Shown here piece by piece: positions 52,472 to 64,000 of a DNA stretch of 64,000 bases. The notes beneath the pieces are model-generated. The model saw nothing but the letters and a program-made list of their open reading frames with translations. It was not told the origin of the DNA and did not search any database. The stretch spans positions 79,112,001 to 79,176,000 of the forward strand of contig OZ024741.1 of assembly GCA_964016885.1 (NCBI GenBank), written 5' to 3'. Both the position numbers and the translations under genes were made by a program. Within the stretch, counting starts at the first letter, position 1. Each line of letters starts with the position of its first letter. This DNA comes from Eledone cirrhosa. Taxonomy: Eukaryota.

Positions 52472-55400
52472 TTACAGACACATACTCAGAGAAGGCCCAT
52501 TCATTCGGGCCATACTTGCTTCTCTCACCCATCTTTCAACAAAATGCTGGGAAGAGAGCACTTCCCTCTCTACCCTGATTTTCCTTTTCAAATGAAATTT
52601 GAAAAAGTTAATCAGGGCATCACCGAAGAGGTAAGTGCTCGTCTTCAGCCCTTTCAAACGTGTCCACCATACTATCTCTTTCGCCATGGCCACCAGACAG
52701 ATAAAAACTGCCTGCCCTTCCCGGCTAAAGGAAGGGGGAGGGGCAATCCTCACGATGGACTCAGCTGATAGCTGGATCCGTCCTACACGTGACAGCAGGT
52801 GTTCGACATAAACCCACAAGTCAGCAATGCTCGGACACTGGACGAGTGCGTGCAGGACGGTTTCGTCGCCCTGCGCGCATCTCGGACATGCCCGGCTGAC
52901 GGCACCTCCATGCCTGTAGAGTTTATCCCGAACTGGCAAAGCTCCTCGGTAGCACTGCCAGGCCAGGGATTTCTGGAAGTTGTCCATAGGCCCCGGCCCG
53001 AAAGTCCTTCCGAAGAGATTGGCTAGTTGATTTTCGTCGACGCCTAGAGTTTCTCCAAGTACGTCGTCGCTCTTCCCCTCCACTAATCCCCTATAGAACG
53101 CCAAGGTGGAGTTTCCACCGATCACATTGCCCGATTGGTCGAGGGCTGTGAGCGCCTGAAGACATTCCAGTCTCCAAGCGCTCCCTCTCGGTCTTCGCTT
53201 GACCCAGGACTGCAGCTCCGTCAAGGAGACGAGCTGGGGAAAAACGTGTCTTGCAAACGGCGACCACACCTGATCACCGTCGAGGAAGAGGTGGAGATGT
53301 CGTAGCCTGAGTGCGTGTCTGCGCATCAGCCACGGCATGCCCAGCCCTCCACGTAGCGGGTGTTGACAGCAGATGGACCGCCTGACCATCGGAGCGCGTC
53401 CTTTCCACAAGAAGCGAAAGAGCAAACGCTCCAGCGCAGTCAGGCGGGGCTTAGGACAAGGTACGACGGTCAGGCGTTAGTAGATGACGGATGCGATGTA
53501 CGCATTCGCCACCTCCGCTCGACCTTTCAGGGATAGCTTCCTCTCGGCCCATTTCTGGGTGAGAGAAGCCACCCTGCTGGTCACCTCGTCCCAGTTTTTG
53601 TCCGTCTGGAGGTCTGGACCGAACCAGACCCCTAGCAATTTAACCGGTCCGTCCGTCCAGCGCCCGACGACGCTGTTGGACGGCATGGACCTGCCTCTCC
53701 AGGTGCCGAGCTGCAGGCCCACTGACTTTTCCTGGTTGATCATTGCTCCTGTCACCGCTTCGTATTCTTTTAGTGTAGTGCCGATCGCCTCGATTTGTTT
53801 GGCGTTCGACACCACTACGGTGACATCGTCGGCATATGCTGACACGGATCTTCCGCATCCTAGTTCGCGCGGGACCCCCCTCAACGTCTCCTGTTTGTGC
53901 AGTAATGGCTCGAGAGGCAATACGTACAATAGGAACGAGAGGGGACATCCTTGGCGGACCGAGCGCATGATGTTGAACGGTTCCGAAAGGTGACCGTTCA
54001 CTCTCACTACAGTGCAGATGTCGCTGTGCATGGCAGCGATCCAGCCCCTGAAGACGGGCCCAAAGCCAGCCGCCTTCAGGACTGCCGTTAGGTAACGATG
54101 GTCGACCCTATCGAAGGCTTTCGACTGATCTAAATTGATCAAAGACCCACCCGTGCCAGGTTCCCTAGCTACCCTCTCTACGATGTATCGCATGAGGTGG
54201 AGGTTGTCGTGGATGGATCTGTCGGGAATGGCGCATGTCTGTGCCTCTCCCACCAGACCACCAACGACAAGCGCCAACCTCTTTGCTAGCACCTTGGCCA
54301 AAATCTTGAACTCTGTGTTTAGCAGAGTTATGGGCCTAAAATTTTCTATGTTATCCCCCTTGTTCGGATCCTTTCTCAGCAGCGCCACCGCTCCTCGGCT
54401 CACAGAGCTGGGAATTCTCCCGTTCTGTTGCCAGTTGCAGTAGACGTCCGCCAAGAGGCCTCCGAACAAGTTTGGCATTTGTACGTAAAGTTCATAGGGC
54501 AGACCATCCAAACCAGGCGATTTACCCCTTGTGCAACTAGTCATTGCATCCTGTACTTCAGCGGTTGTTATCGGCTTTTCGCAACACTCCGCCTCAGTGG
54601 CCGAAAGCCGCGGCAGTCCGTCGAGGTAGACACTAAAGTCCATCCCTCGATCCGGCCCGCCACTGCCCCCGAACAGTCGAGCGAAGTGTCGCTGAAAAGC
54701 TTCACACATTTGACCGGGATCGAGTAGCATGCGCCCGTCGTGGTCCACCAAAGACCGGATCGTGGCTTTGTTGCCACGACGCGCCTCCGCCACTCGGGCC
54801 CATTGAAGGGCTTTCGTTCCCTCGTGTCTGAGAGCACGCACCCTAGCTCTGACAACGCAGCCTTCGTGCTTTGCATTGAAGAATTGGTCAAGGGCCAATT
54901 TCGCCGCAAGTACGTCGGTCGCGATGCCTTTGCTAAGCGCCTCATCTAATTTTCTAACTAATTCTCCCTCTGCTCTATTTTTCTCTATTGCTAAAGTCTT
55001 ACTAAACCTAATGGACTCTATTCTAATTGCTCTTTTCAGAGCAAACCACCACTTGTTGTTGACGATGGCCCCCGTCAACGCCCGCTTAACTAGTTCGCTA
55101 ATCCGGTCTCTGTAGGCCTTGCGCGCTGGTAAGGACGTGTTTAACTTCCAGTAGCCGGGTCCTCGTCTATGAAGCCTATCTAAGTCAAGCACACAGATCA
55201 CGAATTTGTGGTCCGTGTAGCTGACTATCTTGAATTGTGGACAGCCTATGCTAGACCTATCTATTTCCTTACAAAATACTCTATCTAGATATGATCTGGA
55301 TGACCCTATGCGATTTGTCCAAGTCCATATTGGTACATTCGGGAAATCCATTCGGTACCTGTCAGACAGTTCAAAACGTCTGAGCAGGTTGGTGAGACTC

Positions 55401-55889
55401 TTGCACCCTCCTTCCCTATCCACTAATCCCACACAATCCCAGCGTGCATCTAAGATCCCGTTCCAGTCGCCCACTAACACTAAAGAGCGGGACGTTCCAA
55501 GAAAGGTCTCCGGACGCCGGAAGAAATCAGGCCGCCCTGCTCCTGTCGGGGCATAGACGGCCACTAACCTGAAAGCTTGCCCGTCTCCGCTGGTCACGTC
55601 CAGCACCACCAACTTACCTTCTGGGTCCAGGAAGATGGCCCGTATGGCAAGATCCTAACCTCTCCGAAAAAGCACAGCAACTCCTCCCCCCCGATCCCGG
55701 ACGGCTGGGAGATGCGTACACATCGTAGCCGCCGAAGATCGGTGCGAAAGCCTGTGCTTCGGAGATTCTGGTCTCGCTGATGGCCACTACATCTATGTTT
55801 AGTGACCTGAGGTCGTTGAGCAGGTGGCCCGGCTTCCATGACGACCCCAAGCCACGCGCATTTATGCTGCCTATTCTGAGTTAGGTCAT
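52472..55889 (-). pseudogene. Tx1 ORF2 (APE-RT) with a TAA at codon 3 and frameshifts
   Basis: Same motifs as 6742-10152. Confidence 0.92.
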
Positions 55890-55923
55890 GTTGAAAAGGA
55901 GTGGAAAAGATGGGAAAGACCAC

Positions 55924-57912
55924 TTACCTTACTTCTCGTAGGGGAAGGACGGCTTTTCCATCCTTTTCACTGCTTGTGGCCTCCTCAGGAAGGATGTCCT
56001 TATAAATCCTCCTGGAGAGTGCTTGTCGGAAGTCTCCGATGTCTTTGGGGAATTTTTGTTTTAGTGTCATGTACGTTTTCTGTGTGATGCGAGTGATTTG
56101 TATGTGTGGAGGTGGTGTGAATTTTGGGGTTGTTGTGTAGTCTTTTTCTGTGATGCTGGTGTTGTGTTGGATGTAGTGTAATAATTGCTTGTTGTTCAAA
56201 TTTAATGCTGTGTAGTGTGTATCGTTTTGGTTGTTTTGTTTTGTTTGCGTTTGTTGTGGGTTTGTTTCTGTTTCGCATTTTGGTGACTTTTGTGGTGTAG
56301 GTGATGGTGGTGTTGGAGTTAATGATGGTGATGGTGTTGGTGTTTGGGTTGATGGGGTTGGTGATGCTGGTGTGGATGGTGGCATATCTGTCCTAACTTT
56401 TTTGTTTCTTAGTTTATTTGTTTCCCTCTGTATTTTGTTTTTGGAGGGGGAAGGAAGACCATTTTTTCTTTTTTGGTTTCTTTTTTTTTTCCGGATATCG
56501 TTTCCCACTCCTCGTCGTCACAATCTGTCTCCAGTTGTGATAGGCCGGGGAGTGGAAAATCCTCCACAGCCGTTAGTTTTGGTTGTGGTGTGGTGGATGG
56601 TGTAGGCGCTGGTGCTAGTTCTGAAGCGTTGGGTGGTGGTGGTGTTGGTTTTGCTGGTGGTGGTAGTGGTGTTGGTTTTGCTACTGTTGCTGGGGTTGTT
56701 GCTGTTATAGTTGCTTCTGTTGTTGCTGCTACAGTTGTTGCTGCCATCTCTGCTACTGGTGGTGTTGATGGTTGTGTCACTGGGGTGGGTAGGAGAGGTG
56801 GCCTCAACCTTTTAGCCTGAGGGCAGAAAGCCCTTAGGTGGGTTCCTTCACCACAAACGACACACCTAGGTCTTCTGCCCTCGACAATTACCGTGAGGTG
56901 GCTGCCGTCAGTGAGGTCTATTACCTCTGGGATCTCCTCAATGCTTTTTTGGTCCGCTTGGATCAGGAGCTCCATCCCAGATCCGGACCAGTTTTCCTGC
57001 TTTTCTTTTGCTACTGCTATTATTTTCGTGTTGGCTTCGATGCCGGCGAGGACAGCCGCTATTAGCCAGGGAATTTCGATGGCCGGTGGAACGTGGGTCA
57101 CCCTGATCTTTACGAGTCTCTGGCCACAATAGCTTGGGACGAGTGTGAGGTCGTCACTTTTTAATGGGGCCATGGAGTGTTCTCTAGCCTCCTCTGGTGT
57201 TTCAAAGAACACATCCACGGTTCCATACTTTTGCCCACGTCTGATGTGGGTATTTCTTGCCCACACATGTCCCAAAGCTTTTTGGATTTGGGACTCGGAT
57301 GCCCGTTCCACTCGGCGCGATTTTACATTTATTGTTCTATACGACACGGTGCACAGGCGCCGATGCTCCATTTTATTAGGTGGGGGGGGGGGGGCTGACC
57401 CTGTACCCATCTTTCTTTACCATTTGTTTGGCATTTTCTAAATCTTCTTGAGTTACCGTGAACGCTTCGAATTGTTTTGCTACGATGGCGAAACTGAGGG
57501 TCGGTTTTATAATGTCATTGTTGTTGTTGTTGCTATCGTTAATATTAATTTTATTTTCAGTTGTGGTTGTGGTGACGTCAGTCGTCTTTGGTGGGGAAGA
57601 GTCCATTTTGCTTGATTTCATTTCGACGTCACGAGTTAATTTATTTTTTTCTTCTTTTGTTTCTGTTGTCGCGGTGGTGGTGGTGGTGGTGGTGGTTGTC
57701 GCGGTGGTGGTGGTGGTGGAGGGTTTAACACCTGCAGTCATTGGTAATGGCGGGAAATGAATGTCTGCCTGAGACAAATTTAAAATATTGCTACTGCTTA
57801 TATTTTTTTTTGTGTTGGCAAACGTAGTAACATTTACAATGGTGGTGTCGGTGTGAGGTGTTATTTTGTGAGGAAGGCTTTCAGCTGCTTCGTGCAGAGG
57901 GGAATTAGCCAT
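55924..57912 (-). pseudogene. Tx1 ORF1 variant with an intact CCHC knuckle (CVVCGEGTHLRAFC); two homopolymer frameshifts
   Basis: SFAIVAKQFE..EDLENAKQMVKKDG, CTVSYRTINVKSRRVERA and LVPSYCGQ align with copy 1 ORF1. Confidence 0.85.
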
Positions 57913-58121
57913 TTTTTTTTAAAGAAATATTTGGATAATAATAAAAGTTAAAATTTTGGGCGCAAGGCCCCAATCTTTTTGGGTGTCCTTTTCGGAAAAC
58001 AATGTATGTGTGCTTATAAACAGTTTACAATAAAATTTTCCATAAATGGCAATTTTTAAACAAACGGAAATAAAAAACCTTTGCGGAGCTCACGATAATA
58101 CGATTTCCTACGTAGGTCGCC

Positions 58122-58172
<51 letters not shown>
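58122..58172. repeat. (AAT)n
   Basis: Direct reading. Confidence 0.95.
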
Positions 58173-58173
<1 letters not shown>

Positions 58174-61100
58174 TTTTCTTTATTAACCACAAGGGTTCAC
58201 ATAAAGTAGACATTAAGGACAGTACAAGACAATACAGGACGGTACAAATGGGCATTTCTGCGTGTAAAAAAACAGAGGTTGAAATAAAATAACAAAGAAA
58301 AATTCCCCAATAGGGGGGAGACTTCCAAGGGACATTTGTGGAGAAAGCCCATTAAAAGACCACAGTGGCCCTGACCACCAGGGCAAGTGCCCTCTCCCAG
58401 TTTTCCACCTTTAATTTACAGATATATACTCAGAGTAGGCCCATTCACTCGGGCCATTCTTGCTTCTCTCACCCATCTTTCAACAAAATGCTGGGAAGAG
58501 AGCACTTCCCTCTCTACCCTGATTTTCCTTTTCAAATGAAATTTGAAAAAGTTAATCAGGGCATCACCGAAGAGGTAAGTGCTCGTCTTCAGCCCTTTCA
58601 AACGTGTCCACCATACTATCTCTTTCGCCATGGCCACCAGACAGATAAAAACTGCCTGCCCTTCCCGGCTAAAGGAAGGGGGAGGGGCAATCCTCACGAT
58701 GGACTCAGCTGATAGCTGGATCCGTCCTACACGTGACAGCAGGTGTTCGACATAAACCCACAAGTCAGCAATGCTCGGACACTGGACGAGTGCGTGCAGG
58801 ACGGTTTCGTCGCCCTGCGCGCATCTCGGACATGCCCGGCTGACGGCACCTCCATGCCTGTAGAGTTTATCCCGAACTAGCAAAGCTCCTCGGTAGCACT
58901 GCCAGGCCAGGGATTTCTGGAAGTTGTCCATAGGCCCCGGCCCGAAAGTCCTTCCGAAGAGATTGGCTAGTTGATTTTCGTCGACGCCTAGATTTTCTCC
59001 AAGTACGTCGTCGCTCTTCCCCTCCACTAATCCCCTATAGAACGCCAAGGTGGAGTTTCCACCGATCACATTGCCCGATTGGTCGAGGGCTGTGAGCGCC
59101 TGAAGACATTCCAGTCTCCAAGCGCTCCCTCTCGGTCTTCGCTTGACCCAGGACTGCAGCTCCGTCAAGGAGACGAGCTGGGGAAAAACGTGTCTTGCAA
59201 ACGGCGACCACACCTGATCACCGTCGAGGAAGAGGTGGAGATGTCGTAGCCTGAGCGCGTGTCTGCGCATCATCAGCCACGACATGCCCAGCCCTCCACG
59301 TAGCGGGTGTTGACAGCAGATGGACCGCCTCACCATCGGAGCGCGTCCCTTCCACAAGAAGCGAAAGAGCAAACGCTCCAGCGCAGTCAGCCGGGGCTTA
59401 GGACAAGGTACGACGGTCAGGCGGTAGTAGATGACGGATGCGATGTACGCATTCGCCACCTCCGCTCGACCTTTCAGGTATAGCTTCCTCTCCGCCCATT
59501 TCTGGGTGAGAGAAGCCACCCTGCTGGTCACCTCGTCCCAGTTTTTGTCCGTCTGGAGGTCTGGACCGAACAAGACCCCTAGCAATTTAACCGGTCCGTC
59601 CGTCCAGCGCCCGACGACGCTGTTGGACGGCATGGACCTGCCTCTCCAGGTGCCGAGCTGCAGGCCCACTGACTTTTCCTGGTTGATCATTGCTCCTGTC
59701 ACCGCTTCGTATTCTCTTAGTGTAGTGCCGATCGCCTCGATCTGTTTGGCGTTCGACACCACTACGGTGACATCGTCGGCATATGCTGACACGGATCTTC
59801 CGCATCCTAGTTCGCGCGGGACCCCCCTCAACGTCTCCAGTTTGTGCAGTAATGGCTCGAGAGTCAATACGTACAATAGGGACGAGAGGGGACATCCTTG
59901 GCGGACCGAGCGCATGATGTTGAACGGTTCCGAAAGGTGACCGTTCACTCTCATTACAGAGCAGATGTCGCTGTACATGGCAGCGATCCAGCCTCTGAAG
60001 ACAGGCCCAAAGCCAGCCGCCCTCAGGACTGCCGCTAGGTAACGATGGTCGACCCTATCGAAGGCTTTCGACTGATCTAAATTGATCAAAGACCCACCCG
60101 TGCCAGGTTCCCTAGCTACCCTCTCTACGATGTATCGCATGAGGTGGAGGTTGTCGTGGATGGATCTGTCGGGAATGGCGCATGTCTGTGCCTCTCCCAC
60201 CAGACCACCAACGACAAGCGCCAACCTCTATGCTAGCACCTTGGCCAAAATCTTGAACTCTGTGTTTAGCAGAGTTATGGGCCTAAAATTATCTATGTTA
60301 TCCCCCTTGTTCGGATCTTTTATCAGCAGCGCCACCGCTCCTCGGCTCACAGAGCTGGGAATTCTCCCGTTCTGTTGCCAGTTGCAGTAGACGTCCGCCA
60401 AGAGGCCTCCGAACAAGTTTGGCATTTGTACGTAAAGTTCATAGGGCAGACCATCCAAACCAGGCGATTTGCCCCTTGTGCAACTAGTCATTGCATCCCG
60501 TACTTCAGCGGTTGTTATCGGCTTTTCGCAACACTCCGCCTCAGTGGCCGAAAGCCGCGGCAGTCCGTCGAGGTAGACACTAAAGTCCATCCCTCGATCC
60601 GGCCCGCCACTGCCCCCGAACAGTTGAGCGAAGTGTCGCTGAAAAGCTTCACACATTTGCCCGGGATCGAGTAGCATGCGCCCGTCGTGGTCCACCAAAG
60701 ACCGGATCGTGGCTTTGTTGCCACGACGCGCCTCCGCCACTCGGGCCCATTGAACGGCTTTCGTCCCCTCATGTCTGAGAGCACGCACCCTAGCTCTGAC
60801 AACGCAGCCTTCGTGCTTTGCATTGAAGAATTGGTCAAGGGCCAATTTCGCCGCAAGTACGTCGGTCGCGATGCCTTTGCTAAGCGCCTCATCTAATTTT
60901 CTAACTAATTCTCCCTCTGCTCTATTTTTCTCTGTTGCTAAAGTCTTACTAAACCTAATGGACTCTATTCTAATTGCTCTTTTCAGAGCAAACCACCACT
61001 TGTTGTTGACGATGGCCCCCGTCAACGCCCGCTTAACTAGTTCGCTAATCCGGTCTCTGTAGGCCTTGCGCGCTGGTAAGGACGCGTTTAGCTTCCAGTA

Positions 61101-61835
61101 GCCGAGTCCTCGTCTATGAAGCCTATCTAAGTCAAGCACACAGATCACGAATTTGTGGTCCGTGTAGCTGACTATCTTGAATTGTGGACAGCCTATGCTA
61201 GACCTATCTATTTCCCTACAAAATACTCTATCTAGATATGATCTGGATGACCCTATGCGATTTGTCCAAGTCCACATTGGTACATTCGGGAAATCCATTC
61301 GGTACCTGTCAGACAGTTCAAAACGTCTGAGCAGGTTGGTGAGACTCTTGCACCCTCCTTCCCTATCCACTAATCCCACACAATCCCAGCGTGCATCTAA
61401 GATCCCGTTCCAGTCGCCCACTAACACTAAAGAGCGGGACGTTCCAAGAAAGGTCTCCAGACGCCGGAAGAAATCAGGCCGCCCTGCTCCTGTCGGGGCA
61501 TAGACGGCCACTAACCTGAAAGCTTGCCCGTCTCCGCTGGTCACGTCCAGCACCACCAACTTACCTTCTGGGTCCAGGAAGATGGCCCGTATGGCAAGAT
61601 CCAAACCTCTCCGAAAAAGCACAGCAACTGCTCCCCCCGATCCAGGACGGCTGGGAGATGCGTACACATCGGAGCCGCCGAAGATCGGTGCGAAGGCCCG
61701 TGCTTCGGAGATTCTGGTCTCGCTGATGGCCACTACATCTATGTTTAGTGACCTGAGGTCGTTGAGCAGGTGACCCTGCTTCCATGACGACCCCAAGCCA
61801 CGCGCATTTATGCTGCCTATTCTGAGTGAGGTCAT
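58173..61835 (-). mobile_element. Tx1 copy 3: complete ORF2 (one TAG near 60228) and 3' UTR, truncated exactly at the ORF2 ATG
   Basis: ORFs 60228-61835 and 58416-60224 are in the same frame. Confidence 0.92.
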
Positions 61836-63644
61836 TAATCACTTGTTCTACATGGATGACCTGAAACTATTTGCAAAAAATGATGAACAATTGCAAGAGC
61901 TATTATCCACTGTGGGGCAGTTCAGTGATGACATTAAAATGGAGTTTGGACTAGATAAATGCGCCAAAGCAACGTTCACCAGAAGAATGCTGCTGAAGAG
62001 TTCAGACATTAATCTTGATCGGGGGAATGTGATAAGAGAACTTGATCAAGAGGAAACTTACAAATATCTAGGTGTTTGTGAAGGAGACGGAATCAAGCAC
62101 TCGACAATGAGGGAAAGGATAAGGAAGAAATGTTACCGCAGAGTAAGAGCAATCTTAAGAACGGAATTGAATGCAAGGAATAGGATCGATGCCATAAATA
62201 CGCTTGCCATACCAGTAGTAACCTACAGTTACAATGTCATCAACTGGTCAAGCACAGAGATCCGTAGGCTCGATACAAAAACTAGAAAATTCTTAACCAT
62301 GCACAGAATGCATCACCCTAAGGCAGATACAGATAGAATATATCTCCCTAGGTAAGAAGGAGGACGTGGGTTAATCCAGTTAGACATTGTGTTGAAAACT
62401 GCAACAATTGGGTTATCTACATATCTAAGGGAATAACATGATTGGATGATCAAACTCGTTTTGAAACACGAAAGCATCAAAAGATCATATTCCATTACAA
62501 AAGATGCACAAAGATACAGTAATGGACTACAAATTTCAGAAGTCCCATTTACTGCTGAAATGGAAAACACAGAAAAAGCAAAGCAGGTAAAAGTAACTGC
62601 AAAGAAAGAACTGCTACAGAAACTGGCTAAGAAATGGCAAGAAAAGCCTCTGTATGGAAAATACCCAGAACGACCTAACAATCCTGATGTCGACAAAACT
62701 TTAACCCATCAGTGGTTGGCATCCTCTGGACTGAAATCGGAGACTGAAGGACTGATTATATCAGCACAAGATCAGTGTCTGCCAACAAAAAATTACCAAG
62801 CCAACATAATAAAAAATGGATGCAGCCCATTATGCCGTGTATGTAAAAAACAACCAGAGACCATTGACCATATAATTTCAATGTGCAGTCCTATAGCTCC
62901 AACCGAATACCTAAACAAGCATGACAGAGCTGCACAATACATACATTGGATAATGTGTAAGCATTTTGACCTGCCTTATCAAAAGAATTGGTGGGAGCAT
63001 CAACCACCTCCCATACTTGAAAAAGATCACATCTCAATCTTGTGGAACTTTAGCATCCAAACAGACCGAAAAATAGATGCAAATAGACCTGATAGAATAT
63101 TGAAGGACTTTAAAAAGAGGGTATGCCTGCTAATTGATATGTCCGTTCCAATAGACAAGAATGTATCTATAAAAACATTTGAAAAATTAAGCAAGTATAA
63201 GGACCTAGAGATAGAAATTGGAAAAATGTGGAAATTGAGAACTAAAACAATACCAGTGGTTGTAGGCGCTCTAGGAATGATACCTAAGGGGTCTAATGAT
63301 TACTTATCGCAAATCCCAGGAAACCCGCGTATAGGAGAAATACAAAAGATAGTACTAATGGGAACTGCCCATATACTAAGGAAGATTCTGTCAATATAAG
63401 TACATCACAAGTCTAAACACCTAAAGATGCATGTGTGAGTATGTATGTTCTTTCTTGAACATGGCGGACCTTGTTGTCTCTTGAGGTCACTGGTTGTGAC
63501 TTGGTGATAACTCGTATGAACATAAAGCAAGATAAATGCAGCTGTAATAATAATAATAATAATAATAATGTCCGTTTACAATTGTTTTGCTACTCCATAT
63601 AATGTTTTTGGATCAAATGATAATAGATCACTATTGATCTGGTT
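61833..63644 (+). mobile_element. R4/Dong-type family A copy 3, 5'-truncated within the RT
   Basis: INHLFYMDDLKLF to ILRKILSI, the family A 3' UTR, then (TAA)n at 63645-63669. Confidence 0.92.
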
Positions 63645-64000
63645 CAGTTGAAAATAATTTACTTATGTACAATTAGAGCAGCTCATCGGAACTTCAAAAG
63701 GAATATAAATTAAAATAAGGAAAGAATGTTACATGAATGTAATGTTCCATATATTGGTATTTCACTATGGTGTCCTGGGTATATATATTGTCTGCCATAG
63801 TCGAGCAGTATTCTTCTGTCGAGGCTGCATTGTGTGAGATCTGCCTATGAGTAACAAGATGGCCGCCAATGGACATATTTACTTTACTAATTAGAGGGTG
63901 GTTTCAGGGAAAGTAACTCCTCGAGAAATTAGAAATTGTGGGTAGTTTATAGTTAAGAAGTGCTAATTTTTTAATTTTTTAATTGAGAGACAATGTAAGG

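Larger units (their letters stand above)
52229..58121 (-). mobile_element. Full-length Tx1/L1-clade element, copy 2, with a different ORF1 and 5' UTR
   Basis: ORF2 and 3' UTR are near-identical to copy 1; (AAT)n on both sides. Confidence 0.92.

Overview
Eukaryotic, AT-rich, microsatellite-dense DNA that is almost entirely transposable elements. The tRNA-derived SINE family present resembles those I recall from octopus, so a cephalopod origin is likely but inferred. No host gene can be called with confidence. There are three zones. (1) 1-20.8 kb and 52.1-63.7 kb: (AAT)n/(TAT)n microsatellites packed with two unrelated non-LTR retrotransposon clades in fixed, opposite orientations: R4/Dong-type RT + restriction-like endonuclease elements (3 families) and Tx1/L1-clade ORF1 + APE-RT elements (3 copies). 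(2) 20.8-52 kb: (TA)n/(CA)n tracts carrying Penelope-like element remnants (two Naiad-type GIY-YIG ORFs, Neptune-like fragments) and about 15 type I hammerhead ribozyme motifs from about 10 distinct families, many in palindromic or tandem modules. (3) A decayed autonomous Helitron at about 41.6-46.9 kb. The most unusual signals are: a predicted 52-53 nt GT-AG intron that removes the Tx1 ORF1 stop and ORF2 start and would fuse the two ORFs in frame in both full-length copies; conserved splice sites bracketing a 1.2-1.45 kb 5' leader of the R4-type family B; divergent ORF1s on near-identical ORF2s; a head-to-head Tx1/R4 chimera joined at a 3-nt microhomology; and back-to-back hammerhead palindromes. 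All alignments, folds and identities were read by eye; element boundaries are approximate.
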